Shown here in pieces: positions 1 through 14,080 of a DNA stretch of 64,000 nucleotides. Origin of the DNA: Eledone cirrhosa (taxonomy: Eukaryota); the NCBI GenBank assembly GCA_964016885.1, contig OZ024765.1, forward strand, positions 6,882,001-6,946,000, read 5' to 3'. Each line of letters opens with the position of its first letter. Position 1 is the first letter of the stretch. Both the position numbers and the translations under genes were made by a program. A model generated the notes under the pieces. The model saw only the letters and a list, made by a program, of their open reading frames with translations. It was not told the DNA's origin and did no database searches.

Positions 1-408
1 CCTGTAATGTGGTTGCCATTAATAAGGAGATCCTACTGCAGAAACCCTAGCCAAAATACAATTACAGATCCATATGAGTAAGATGTGGCTCACCTGACCT
101 GACTTGTCTCATAACATGCCAACCTGTCCAGCCCATGCTTGTGTGGAAAATGGACGTTAAACAATGATGATGAATCCTAAATACAGTATGTCTGAATAAA
201 AAATAAGACCATCATGGCTGGATCTCAGAGGGGCTGACCCAGGGCTAAATAATAACAAGGGTCTTATAGGTCTTGTTGTGCTTTTATTTGTTTATTTTTT
301 AATCTTCAATGCCAAGGTTCTTTCTTACTGTGTTTTTCTTTAATTTTTTTTTATTAAAGTTTTTTTTTTTTTTTAATTAAAAAATTTTTTTTTCTTTATT
401 AAAAATGT

Positions 409-625
409 TTAACCCTTTAGCATTTAAACCAGCCGTATCCTCGCCAGAATTCTCTCACCTCTTTCTGTTCAAACCCGCCATAACTGGTTGCTCATACTGA
501 TATTAAGGTATTGTTCTCAAAATAAATAATATCAAAATCTCATAGATTCGATATTATGTGAGGTAAAGCCTTTACTGTGAAAATAGAACAGTATATATAA
601 AGTAATGTAAATGTTAAAGGGTTAA
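409..625. mobile_element. piggyBac-type MITE (~215 bp), representative of ~20 copies in the window
   Basis: TTAA-CCCTTTAGCATTTA...TAAATGYTAAAGGG-TTAA terminal inverted repeats. Other copies near 968, 6578, 7111, 20306, 22049, 31975, 34404, 38298, 38916, 39288, 40795, 45598, 51252, 54830-55505, 55860, 60563, 62454 and 62979. Confidence 0.85.
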
Positions 626-687
626 AGAAAATATTTTTCTATATTAAAAAAAATTCTTTTTTTTTTAAATTCTTTTTCTCTGTCTAG

Positions 688-849
688 GCTGTCTGCTGTG
701 CTGATTACAAACATTGCTGTCCTCAAAACTTCATTTGTGACCTGAATGAGGAGAGATGTGTGAAAAATCGTTTTGCTTTCTCGTTTTTCTCTGACCTGAA
801 GCCTGCCAAACAAATAAGAGCAGCATCAGTAGCAGTATCAACAAATTAA
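688..849 (+). CDS. GRN: Terminal coding exon of a granulin/progranulin-family gene (upstream exons lie outside the window)
   Basis: Polypyrimidine acceptor ttctctgtctag| at 687, then AVCCADYKHCCPQNFICDLNEERCVKNRFAFSFFSDLKPAKQIRAASVAVSTN*. CCxDxxHCCPxxxxCxxxxxxC is the C-terminal half of a granulin module. Not in the ORF track (no start codon). Confidence 0.85.
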   Translation, partial: AVCCADYKHCCPQNFICDLNEERCVKNRFAFSFFSDLKPAKQIRAASVAVSTN

Positions 850-2405
850 ACATGTATGTATCATATGAAAATATTTACTGTACATACTTTATGTAGAAGT
901 CGACTATTTTAGACAAATTCGTTTTTTAAAAAGTTAATAAATTTAGTAAACTCCTCAAATTTCTTTTTTAACCTTTTAGCATTTAAACCGGTCATATCCA
1001 GCCAGAATTCTCTCACCTCTTTCTGTTCGAACCAGCTGTAATTGGCTATTCATTCTGACGTTAAGGTATTGTTCTCAAAATAAATAACATCGAAATCTCA
1101 TAGATTCGATATTATGTGAGATATTTATGTAAGATAAAGCCTTTACTGTGAAAATATAACAGTAAATATAGTATAATGTAAATACTAAAGGATTAAATTT
1201 ATGAGTGGAGGCACATGGCCTAGTGGTTAGGGTGTTGTACTGTATTTTTATCTGTTGGTCAATCAATGAGAGATATTGCCAGATAAATTAACTATGGTGA
1301 TATAAAAGATACAGAAGTGGAAACCAATCCAAACTAAACTGAGTATGTTTTATTATTATTTCTGGCAATATTATAACAATATGACCCTCCCCAAGTATAA
1401 CATTATTTGTTTCAATACACAATTTCATATCAAAAAGCTTGCAAAACAAATATAAATATACATATCTGTACACAATAATTTCATTATTATATTATTTTAT
1501 ATATACAAAAGATCTGTTAGAGAACACTATGTATATATAGTGTTATAACACTATATATATATAGTGTTATAACACTATATATAGCAGGGAAAAGCGGACG
1601 TAAAATGATAATGATGATGAATATATATATATATATAACGAAGGAAATGTGGTAAGGAACCAGATGGACCATAACGCACCAAAGTACTCAATACTTAGGG
1701 TAGTAGAGTGGGTAATAGGAACAAGTATGACCTTGACGGCAGAGCTCAAGCCGTTTCGAACCAGCGTCCACCAGAATTAGCCGTTGAAACGTCTTGAGCT
1801 CTGCTGTCGGGGTCATACTTGTTCCTATCATCATCATTTTCATTTCATTCTACGTCCGCTTTTCCCTGCTTGCAAGGGTGGGACGGGAACACTTATATAT
1901 ATATATATGTGAAGGCACACTTATATATATGTATAAGTGAAGGCACATGGGTAATAGGAGCAAGTATGACCCCGACGGGTCATGGCTTAGTGGTTAGAGC
2001 ATTGGGCTTGCAATTGAGAGGTTAGAGCATTGGGCTTGCAATTGAGAGGTTGTGAGTTCGATTCTCGAACTGGGTGATGCGTCCAAGACACTTTATTTCA
2101 AGTTGCTCCAGTTTACTCAGCTGTAGAAATGAGTTGCGACGTCATTCGTGCCAAGCTGTATCAGCCATTGCCTTTCCCTTGGACAACATCGGTGGCGTGG
2201 AGAGGGGGGACTGGTATGCATCGGCGACTGCTGGTCTTCCACAAAACAAACTTTGCCCAGGCTTGAGCCTCGGAGGGAAACTTTCTAGGTGCAAAACCAT
2301 GGCCATCCGTGACCGAGTGGGGCCAAAGCTAAATATATATATTATCCAAGGAAAATTCAACCGTATTTTCCTTGGTTAGGTCAAAATTTATAAAACACGC
2401 ATCGT

Positions 2406-2464
2406 ATTTTATCTGATGAAAGCGTACCAAAATTTTGGCACCCTTGAAATATATATAATAGAAT
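2406..2464 (+). ncRNA. Type I hammerhead ribozyme motif (same family as the 36.3-36.6 kb copies)
   Basis: ATTTTAT-CTGATGA-AAG..hairpin..CTT-GAAAT-ATAT-ATA-ATAGAAT: 7-bp stem I (one G-U), intact core, AUA triplet. Confidence 0.7.
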
Positions 2465-2504
2465 AAATATGGTTTTATAAATATAGTTTCCATTTATTTA
2501 ATAT

Positions 2505-2545
<41 letters not shown>

Positions 2546-2952
2546 TATATAAATATATATAAATATATACATATATACACACACACGTACATACATATTA
2601 AACTTTGGTTCACAAATGTTGATCTGTTGTCTGTAGTGTCATGTGACATGTAAACATTCACATATTTTAGGGTTCAAATTAGGAGAGTCGACTTTTACAT
2701 TAGTATATATGGTACATCATGTAAAAACATTTATCTTTCAATTTTCAGTTTCACTGTCTTTTTCATTTCCTCTTATTCATTTTTTGTATTTTTTTTAAAT
2801 TTTATTGTTTGTTTGTTTGTCAAATTTTCAAAAAATAGTTTTCAGTAATGAAGAAATAAAGGCCTTATAAACGTCGTATGATTTTCAGTTTTTCTTTGTG
2901 TCTTATTCTCTAACTGGTTTTTAAAAAATACACAGATGGGTTGTCAAGTTAT

Positions 2953-3751
2953 GAGGAGATTAGTGAGGTGGCCATATCTTGGTCATATAAGGTATGGGGA
3001 GATTAGAGAGGTGGCCATATCTTGGTCATATAAGATATGGGGAGATTAGAGAGGTGGCCATATCTTGGTCATATAAGATATGGGGAGATTAGTGAGGTGG
3101 CCATATAAGGTATGGGGAGATTAGTGAGGTGGTCATATAAGGTATGGGGAGATTAGTGAGGTGGTCATATAAGGTATGGGGAGATTAGAGAGGTGGCCAT
3201 ATCTTGGTCATAAGATATGGGGAGATTAGTGAGGTGGCCATATAAGGTATGGGGAGATTAGTGAGGTGGCCATATCTTGGTCATAAGGTATGGGGAGATT
3301 AGTGAGGTGGCCATATCTTGGTCATAAGGTATGGGGAGATTAGTGAGGTGGCCATATCTTGGTCATATAAGGTATGGGGAGATTAGTGAGGTGGCCATAT
3401 CTTGGTCATATAAGGTATGGGGAGATTAGTGAGGTGGCCATATCTTGCTCATAAGGTATGGGGAGATTAGTGAGGTGGCCATATCTTGGTCATATAAGGT
3501 ATGGGGAGATTAGTGAGGTGGCCATATCTTGCTCATATAAGGTATGGGGAGATTAGAGAGGTGGCCATATCTTGCTCATATAAGGTATGGGGAGATTAGT
3601 GAGGTGGCCATATCTTGCTCATATAAGGTATGGGGAGATTAGTGAGGTGGCCATATCTTGCTCATAAGGTATGGGGAGATTAGTGAGGTGGCCATATCTT
3701 GGTCATATAAGGTATGGGGAGATTATAGAGGTGGCCATATCTTGGTCATAT
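2953..3751. repeat. Minisatellite, ~41-43 bp unit with ~32 bp variants, ~20 copies
   Basis: Unit ATGGGGAGATTAGTGAGGTGGCCATATCTTGGTCATATAAGGT. Confidence 0.95.
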
Positions 3752-5729
3752 GTTCCATTTTCGGCTAGTTTCTATGGCTGGATGCCTTTCCTGACACCAC
3801 CAGCTTTATATATATATATATATATATTTATTAAAATAACAGATTAAAGTTTAAGCAAAGAATCGCTGCTTTCACCCTTAACGGGATCTTCTGAAACTAA
3901 AAAAAAATCAATCTGTTTATCCTTATTGAGCCCTCTTTGGATTTTAGTTTTCACATTTATTATTATTACTCTATATATATCATCATCATCATTTTACGTC
4001 CACTTTTTCCCTGCTTGCAAGGGTGGGACGGGAACTGATTCTGGCTTGATTTCTACAGCTGGATGCCCTTCCTAACACCAACCTCATTTATAGTGAGTGC
4101 TGGGTGCTTTTTTGCCGTGGCACCTCCACGACCACTTTGCAGTGGAATTATAGGGACACCAGTCCCTATCAATTCATTTCTACAGCTGAGTAAACTGGAG
4201 CAATGTGAAATAAAGTGTCTTGCTCAAGGAAACAACACATCACCCGGTCTGAGAATTGAACTCACACTCTTTCGATTGCAAGGCCAATGCTCCAACCATA
4301 AGCCATGTGCCTCCACATATATATATATATATACACACACACTGTACCCCGTCATTTGCAGCCCCGGTTATTTGCTGAATTTTCCTTAGAACCTAACTAA
4401 TAATTGTTTGCGTAATCGTAAATATCTTCCTCAAATTTTTTATGGTTTTTTTCGTGGCAATAAATATATTTTTAATGCTAAATTATTAATAACAATATTC
4501 CATATTTGTCAACCTATTGGGCGCCCTGTCACATTAGACACTCCGTGTCCAATATTTGCAGTTTTTCACTCTTCGCTGGTGATCTAGGAAAGTAACCCTT
4601 GCGAATACCAGGGTGTGGTGTGGTGGGGGACACACAACTGTGCTATTAAGTTAGACATGGCCTGGGGCAATACTGGCCGAAACCTATCAAAGTTATATAT
4701 CATCATCATTTTACGTCCGCTTTTCCCTGCTTGCAAGGGTGGGACGGGTCTTATTCAGCACAGCATCTCTCCACTCGTCATCTCCACCGTGAGCTTCAAT
4801 GATCTGAGGTCTGTTCTCACCACCTCCGCCCATGTTTTTCGTGGTCTACTTCTACCACGTCTTCCTTCAACTGGCATATATGTATATATGTATATATACA
4901 CACACACACATGTATAGGCAATATATATATAATCATAATGAAAGGGTTTCATGTATTGAAAAAAATGATAACAAAGGTGTTTTGTGTTTTCGTTGTTATA
5001 ATTTATTTGAAAATAAAATAAAATAGTTTTAAAATTTACAAAATAAACAGAAAAAAATATCACCAAAACGCTTTGTTAGTAAGAGAGAGAGAGGAAGACA
5101 GGAAGAAGTGGTGTGTTATTTATTACTATCACCATTACATTATTATTATTATTATTACTACTACTGCTACTATTGGCAGTATCGGTAGAGGGTCGGACAT
5201 GCTTTGAAACACAGTTACCTCCCTTTAAGCCAAAAGTAGAAACAATTATTATTACTACTCTACTATAGGGCAGTATCGGCAGAGGGTTGGATGCCATGCT
5301 TTGCAGCATAGAGTTACGACCCTTTACAGTCTGAGTTCAAATACCGCCGAGGTTAACTTTGCCTTTCATCCGTACGGGGGTCGATAAAGTAAAGTACCAG
5401 TAATGCACTGGGGTAAGTAATTGCTGGCCTTGTGCCAAAAATAGAAACAATTATTATTATTATTAAGGGCGGTGGATTATCAGAGTGCTGGGCATGTTGC
5501 TTTGCAATGTAGAGTTAGGTTCTGAGTTCAAATCCCACTGAGGTTAGCTTTGCCTTTTATCCTTACAGGGTCAATAAAATAAAGTACCAGTATGCACTGG
5601 GGTCGATTTTCCCTTCTCCCAAAATTGCTGGCCTTGTGCCTAAAGTAGAAACAATTATTATTATTATTATAACTGAACACTATGTAGACAAAAGTCATGG
5701 CAATTGTCACTGGGGTGCCTGGTTCGGTC

Positions 5730-6225
5730 TGTAAACACCTTATATCTTTCATCAAAAGCCTTGGGATCCCATCTTCATAGGTAGTGCCCAAATTTCTACC
5801 ATCCCTAGCACAGCTAGAATCCTGCATGATATAGTGAGCCTCTGATATCAGGGACTGAATGGAGGCCAATTAAAACACTTCACTTAACAACTGATTGCTA
5901 CAGAAACCCTCAACACTTTACATGTTTCATCAAAATCCTTGGGATCCTCACCTTCATAAACAATTTCTACCATCCCTTATTCTGCCAGAACCCTATGTGA
6001 TTCATTGAGCCTTTGAGATCAGGGACGGATCTGAAGTCAATTAATGTTTCACCTAACAACTGTTTGCAAAAGAAACCCTAAACACCTTATGTCAATCATC
6101 AAAAGCCTTGAGATCCCCACCTTTATAGGCAGTGCCCAAAATTCTATCATCACTAGCACTGCCAGAATCCTGTATTGTGCCTCTGAGGTCAATTCACCTA
6201 ACAACTGGTTGCAAGAGAAACCTTA
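5730..6225. repeat. Diverged tandem repeat, ~165-175 bp unit, ~3 copies
   Basis: Recurrent AAACACC.TA...CATCAAAAGCCTTGGGATCC...CAACTG.TTGC...AGAAACC. Confidence 0.7.
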
Positions 6226-7029
6226 CAAAACAAATTATTGTGGCCATTTTTGTTACTTCTCTTTACTCAGTATTTCGTTGTTCTTCTGCCAGTATTTGAA
6301 TTACTAAGTACTAAGCTGTCTCCTATAGTCTTTGGTATATCTAGCACCTTTCATAAGGTTTTTGCTGTCCCAAGCAAATTAGCTTTCTATAGAGCCAGGA
6401 AGATTCACCTTTATATCCAATGGCTTCACTGGTGGTTGGTGTTCTTTAATAGTTCAAATTTTACACTGTCATTATTGGTATTAGTTCTGGTAAATCCTTG
6501 TTAACTTTCTTGGGAACTTTCTCAAATCTACTACCAGAACTAATACCAATAATGACTTACTGTAAAATTTGAACTATTAACCCTTTAGCATTTAAACTGG
6601 CTGTATCTGACCAGAATTCTCTCACCTCTTTCTGTTTAAACTGGCTGTAACTAGCCACTCATAATTATGTTAAGTTATTGTTCTCAAAATAAATAATATA
6701 AAAATCTCATAGATTTGATGTGTGAGGTAAAGCCTTTACTATGAAAATATAGAGTAATCTAAATGGTTAAATCGGCTGTATCTGGCCAGAATTCTCTCAT
6801 CTCTTTCTGTTGTAACCAGCTGCTCATGCTGATGTTAAGGTATTGTTATCAAAATAAATAATATAAAAATCTCATAGATTCAATATTATGTGAGGTAAAG
6901 CCTTTACTATGAAAATATAATAGTAAATATTGAGTAATGTAAATGCTAAAGGGTTAAAGAACACCAACTACCAGTGAAGTCATGCTCCTTTTTTTTTCAA
7001 ATATATTCATATATATATATATAAACATA

Positions 7030-7402
7030 TCGTATTTCCCGGCACCGAAGATGCTTCACCCTCGAGGATGCACCCTAATTTTGACAACCAAAAATTTTAG
7101 AAAAAAAATATTAACCCTTTAATGTTCAAACCGGCCAGAATTCTCTACCTCTTTCTGTTGAAACTGGCTGTAATTGGTCACTCAAACTGATGTTATGGTA
7201 TTGTTCTCAAAATAAATACTTTCAAAATCTCATAGATTCGATATTATGTGAGGTAAAGCCTTTACCATGAAAATATAATAGTATTTATAGAGTAATGTAA
7301 ATGCTAAAGGGTTAAACAACCTTCAGCCTTTAGGACACATGGTAGATTTTTGAGACTTATTTTAGGAAAAAATGTAGTGTCTTCAACGCTGGGAAATATG
7401 GT
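7030..7402. mobile_element. Small Tc1/mariner-pogo-like element with a piggyBac MITE nested at TTAA
   Basis: Ends CGTATTTCCCGGCACCGAAGA / TCTTCAACGCTGGGAAATATG are imperfect inverted repeats; MITE inside at 7111-7314. Confidence 0.5.
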
Positions 7403-7575
7403 GCATTCATGTATGTGCATGTATGCACCATATTTCCCAGCATTGAAGACACTACTTTCATGCACATACATGAACAAAATATCAGGTTAGTATATACAAA
7501 ATACAACACAGTCCAAAACACACAATCACACACATGCACATGTCCACAAACACACAACAAGATTCTGAACTTGCT

Positions 7576-9792
7576 TTAAAACTCATCTTTCCGTCGTGTT
7601 CCTTTCGGTCTGTTGTTGTACTTCATGCCGTAAGCTTTCCTACCACCACCATCATCATCATCATCATCATCATCATCGTCATCGTCATCATCATCATCGT
7701 CGTCATCTTTCGTCCCTTTGCCTCTGTTTTGTCGTTTTGTTGCCTTCCGATCCCGTCGTTCTTGTTTCATGTCTCTCTTTGTTCCCCCTGAGGGGTTGAC
7801 CTCTGGAGCCATGTTAGCTTTTATTATGTCCTCGTGCCTTTCATACACCATGTGGCCCTTCGAGCTGTCCCCTCCAACCCTGCTCGTGTCTCCATCACGT
7901 TGAGCATGACCAGTTTCTCTTCCACCACCACCAGTATCACCAGCTCGACCATGATAGCCAGCCCTGCCACTGCCACCACCACTACTGCTACCACCACTGC
8001 CACCGCCAGCCCTACCACCACTGCTACCACCACCGCCACCACCACCACCACTACCACCACCGCCACCACCACCACCGCCGCCGCCACTACCACCACCACT
8101 ACCACCACCGCCACTACCACCACCACTGCCACCACCACCATCACCACCACAGAGACAGGCATTCCTCTGTGATTGCTGGAAAGTCTTGCAGCCAACGGCA
8201 ACTGTTGTCTTGTAGGCCAGGGCTGCTATACTGACACAACCTGGCAAATAGAGAGAGAAAACAATGAGAATATAGATTGGTAAATTGTATATATGTTGAG
8301 TATCTATCTATCTATCTATCTATATCATAATATTTGTCCCCTTCTTTTGAGCCCCTGTGGCTAATAAAGAAATATATCTATATCATAATATAATAAAGTA
8401 AGGAATGCGGGACTGTGTCCTGAATATATTTTTTTATCTCATTTGTAAAATAAGTTGGATTACTTTTAATAAATAATTGTTTCTACTTTTGGCACAAGGC
8501 CAGCAATTACCCCAGTGCATTACTGGTACTTTATTTTATCGACCCTGCAAGGATGAAAGGCAAAGTAAACCTCAGTAATGAATAATTTATCTACTAAATT
8601 TCGTAACTGTTGATTAAATATAAATAATTTTATTTGGTTATTTCAAGATTCACTTCTTTAAAATTTTCAAATGTTAACACTTCCGGTTAGCGTCCATTAT
8701 ATTATAACACTTATCACATCACTTATATAAACTTTCATATATTTGCATCGTTATATAAGGTTTATATTTCTGTCGCTAATTTTCTCCTAATGGAATTTAT
8801 ATATAATATCATCTTTTTTAAATGTATCATGGATTACTTTACTGATTAAATAAGACAGTGTAACACAGTCTCTCTTCAATCTGTGCATATTGTCAAATAC
8901 GATTTTATTTGACGTATCATATCTACATGTATATATATTTGTGTATAATATCAATATGTACACTACACTAAATGGTGGTTTTTCTGCTAGTAATTGTTTC
9001 TACTTTAGGCACAAGGCCAGCAATTACCCAGTGCATTACTGGTACTTTATTTTATCGACCCCCGTAAGGATGAAAGGCAAAGTCAACCTCGGCGGGATTT
9101 GAACTCAGATTGTAAAGGGACGTAACTATGCTGGAAAGCATGGCGTCCGACTCTCTACTGATACTGCCAATCCACCACCCGCTAGTAATAATAACAAATA
9201 AGAAGACCAAAATCCAATATATAGCCCGAAAAAGCCAAGAGGCCAATACACACCTTCATATAACTCTGTACCTCCAGTAGCTGTGTGTAAGTTCTTACAT
9301 ATCAACTTGAGGCAGTCCTGAAACTGGTTGTCACAGACGCTCTTGTTACTGTTACAGAGATCATAGCAAAAGTCATGGGTCTCACAGCATGCTGTGACGG
9401 CAGGGAAGAGTTGGGAATCAATCTGAAACAGAAAATAGCAGGTATATATCACCATCATCTTCATATAGACATCTAATATGCACCACTAAACACCTACCCT
9501 CCCTCCCTCCCCCTTCCATACACCCCCCCCCCGCGCCCTATTCACCCCCACCCTTCTCCAGTCCACACTGTAAAGTGATTGTGAAGGTTGTCATGCCAAA
9601 AAGCACCCTGCACACACTGTAAATTTGGTTGGCATCAGGAAGGGCATCCAACCATAGAAACCAAACCTGAAACAGTCCTGTAGGTCACCTGACCTGACTT
9701 GCCTCAAATGGGACAACATGTCTAACCCATGCTTGTGTGGAAAGTAGACGTTAAACGATGATGATGATGTAAATATATATATATATATATAC

Positions 9793-9845
<53 letters not shown>

Positions 9846-10842
9846 TATGGAGGCACATGGCTTAGTGGTTAGAGCATTGGCTTTGCAATCGAAAGGTTGT
9901 GAGTTCAATTCTCAGACCGGGTGATGTGTTGTTTCCTTGAGCAAGACACTTTATTTCACATTGCTACAGGTTTACTCAGCTGTAGAAATGAGATGATAGG
10001 GACTGGAGTCCCTATCATTCCACTGCAAAATGGTCGTGGAGGCGCCACGGCAAAAAAGCACCCAGCACCCACTGTAAATGAGGTTGGTGTTAGGAAGGAG
10101 GGCATCCAGCTGTAGAAATCAAGCCAGAATCAGTTCCCGTCCCACCCTTGCAAGCAGGGAAAAGCGGACGTAAAATAATGATGATGATGATGATATATAT
10201 ATATATAGTAACATGTGCTTTCGCTGTATTTGACTAAATAGAATTAGTCTGTTAGTTGGGATTTTATAAAGCCTTCTAAATGTAAAAATTCAGAGGATTT
10301 TTTAAAATCCTAACTAACAGACTAATTATATTTAGTCAAATACAGTTATGTTACTGATGATGATGTTACTATCTAATTTCCAAATTCACGAGCTGTTTAT
10401 AAGCAAAGCCTGCTTTGTGTCTCCCTATTTATATATATAGTAATAATAATAAATTTGAAGACTAAAATCCGAAGAGGGCTCGATAAGGATAATATATATA
10501 TCAAAATATATATAAAAACCATAGAGCAAATATTTATTAAAATAACAGATTAAAGTTGCTTTCACCCTTAACGGGATCTTCTGTAAGCAGCGATTCTTCA
10601 CTTAAACTTTAATCTGTTATTTTAATAAATAATTTATATATATATATATAGGAGAAAGTATGACCCCAACGGCAGAGCTCAAGCCGTTTCGACGGCTATT
10701 TCTGGACTAAAGAAATAGCTGTCGAAACGGCTTCAGCTCTGCCGTTGGGGTCATACTTTCTCCTATTACCCACTCTACTACCCTAAGTATTGAGTACTCT
10801 GGTGCGTTATGGTCCATCTGGTTCCTTACCACAACTCCTCCG

Positions 10843-10894
<52 letters not shown>

Positions 10895-11962
10895 TATAAA
10901 TGCGAGGAAAGAATAGACAAAGAATTTTTTCTTCAAAGTCTCTACTGCAGTTTCTTCAACCGTTTTTCAACATTGTTGCACCAGAGAAGTGCACCAATGC
11001 TGTAAGGATCTCGAATTTTCAGGAGACCTCTATAGGAAATTGCCAGATAAATTAACTATGGAGATATAAAATATACAGAAGCAAAAACCAACCCAAAACG
11101 ATAGTGTGTTCTGTTATTGTTGCTGGCAATATTATAACAATATGACCCTCTCCAAATATAACTATCTGTTTCAACACACGATTCCATATAAAAAACCTTG
11201 CAAAACAAACATATATATATATGCATGCTCCATTGTATGTGCAATGTCAATGTGCGTGAATGACAGAGCATGGATGTGTTGAGAGAGAGACTGTGTCTGA
11301 AAGGGATAAATTGTAGTGTACGGGAGAGAAGACTGTGATGTTATGGACATATGATGTGCATTGAGGATGACCGATGGGTGAAGAAGTGTCAAGAAATGCC
11401 AGCTGAAGGAAGACGCAGTAGAGGAAGGCCACGAAAAACATGGGTGGAGGTGGTGAGAGCAGACCTCAGATCGCTGAAGCTCACGGAGGAGATGACGAAA
11501 GGCCGTGACAAGTGGAGAGATGCTGTGCTGAATAGGACCCGTCCTAACCTTGCAAGCAGGGAAAAGCGGACGTAAAATGATGGCGATAATGATTCATATG
11601 TATGTATATATGTATTTAGGAATGCATATATCTATGTGTAGATATGTATATGCTTATGTATGTGAGTAGAACACGCTATGCACAATGCTGCACGATAGAC
11701 ACAAACCTGGAAACCAAATGCACCGCAACCATTTGTAGTTGAGGCATGGACAGGATTGGGCCTTGGTTTACTGCCTGTAATATGACACAGAAGATATAAT
11801 ATACAGATTATTATATGACCACAGTAAGTAAGGTACTCAATACATAGCAGTGTATAAATATTTAATATAGAATTTATTAGAATGCTGTTGAAGTGTGTAT
11901 CCATTTTTTTACACACCCTGTACATATATATTTCTCTCTTTCTCTCTCTCTCTATATATATA

Positions 11963-11993
<31 letters not shown>

Positions 11994-12040
11994 TTCTATA
12001 TATATCATCATCGTTTAACGTCCATGTTCCACGCTTGCAT

Positions 12041-12076
<36 letters not shown>

Positions 12077-12509
12077 CTATATCTATATATATATTTCTAT
12101 ATCTATATATATTTCTATATATATATTTCTCTCTCTATATATATATATTTCTATATATATATATATATATATTTCTATATATCATCATCATCATTTCATT
12201 TTACGTCCACTTTTCCCTGCTTGCAAGGGTGGGACGGGAACTGATTCTGGCTTGATTTCTACAGCTGGATGCCCTTCCTAACACCAACCTCATTTACAGT
12301 GAGTGCTGGGTGCTTTTTTTTGCCGTGGCACCTCCACGACCACTTTGCAGTGGAATGATAGGGATCCCAGTCCCTATCATCTCATTTCTACAGCTGAGTA
12401 AACTGGAGCAATGTGAAATAAAGTGCCTTGCTCAAGGAAACAACACATCACCCGGTCTGAGAATTGAACACACATCACCCGGTCTGAGAATTGAACACAT
12501 ATATATATA

Positions 12510-12548
<39 letters not shown>

Positions 12549-12737
12549 CTATATATATATATATTTCTATATATATATATATATATATATTTCTATATAT
12601 ATATATATATATTTCTATATATATATATATATATTTCTATATATATATATATATATTTCTATATATATATATATATATATTTCTATATATATATATATAT
12701 ATATTTCTATATATATTTCTATATATATATATATATA

Positions 12738-12799
<62 letters not shown>

Positions 12800-12845
12800 T
12801 TTCTATATATATATATATATATATTTCTATATATATATATATATA

Positions 12846-12890
<45 letters not shown>

Positions 12891-12987
12891 CTATATATAT
12901 ATATATATATATATTTCTATATATATATATATATATATTTCTATATATATATATATATATATATTTCTATATATATATATATATATA

Positions 12988-13018
<31 letters not shown>

Positions 13019-13089
13019 TTCTATATATATATATATATATATTTCTATATATATATATATATATTTCTATATATATATATATATATTTC

Positions 13090-13132
<43 letters not shown>

Positions 13133-13171
13133 TTCTATATATATATATATTTCTATATATATATATATATA

Positions 13172-13248
<77 letters not shown>

Positions 13249-13626
13249 CTATATATATATATATATATAAATGGCTTCTACAGGACTAGAACTGTTTCAT
13301 TCGTGAGAAATCATCAGGAAGTCTGATGATTTGTGACGTAGTGCTGAAGTGAAAGTGACGTGTTGCTGTCCAGGTGGTTGATGAGACGGAGAAATGTAAA
13401 AACTGGATTGTTTTGGTGAAAAACGAAACATTCCAAATAAGAAACTCTCTGGGACAATGCACGCCTAGACGGGGTTGTCATAATTGGAGTGTCTTTGAGC
13501 ATGGGTATACAGGATCACATTTGATCTGAGATTAAAAATTATTAATAACAATAGCTACTACTAATATACTTTTTAAATATACCGGGGTTAAAACAAACAG
13601 GTGATAAACAACTATTTAACCGCTAA

Positions 13627-13669
<43 letters not shown>

Positions 13670-13697
13670 GCAACATGACCCTCCCAAAGTATAACAA

Positions 13698-13761
<64 letters not shown>

Positions 13762-14047
13762 CATGGAAAAACCGTTAAATGATGATGCATATACATGGTC
13801 CCCCCAAAAAATGTATATATACTTTGATTAGAATGCTGTTGAAGTGTGTATACATTTTTGGGTAAAACCTTGTATATATAGAGAGAGAGATACGTATGCT
13901 GGTCGGAGTTTAAAGAATAATTATATAGCCACTAATATTAACTACAGCACACACACATACATACATACATATGTATTATTATTTAAATAGCTCTGTACAA
14001 TACAGAGAGCACTCTTCGTTCCTTTACCTTTTCTACGTAAATACATA

Positions 14048-14080
<33 letters not shown>

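Noticed and set aside
2953-3751. CRISPR-like periodicity (also 41700-42255, 50803-51245, 56293-57270)
   Set aside because: Units are contiguous with no unique spacers, there are no cas genes, and the context is eukaryotic; these are minisatellites.
4063-4389. Recurrent [12 protein letters not shown]...[14 protein letters not shown] (also 12310, 44138, 44723, 46262) as a peptide gene family
   Set aside because: It is the antisense reading of SINE family A.
9849-9925. tRNA-like sequences at SINE heads
   Set aside because: Box A/B are present but there is no complete acceptor stem, and they are always fused to the same SINE body; not tRNA genes.
11882-13326. Long IYIY ORFs (also 36749-37642, and CV/HT/SL/TT ORFs at 17581-18067, 29186-30403, 32774-33418, 57034-58180, 58600-59229)
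   Set aside because: Translations of microsatellites and minisatellites that lack stop codons; no domain content except where real exons overlap their ends.
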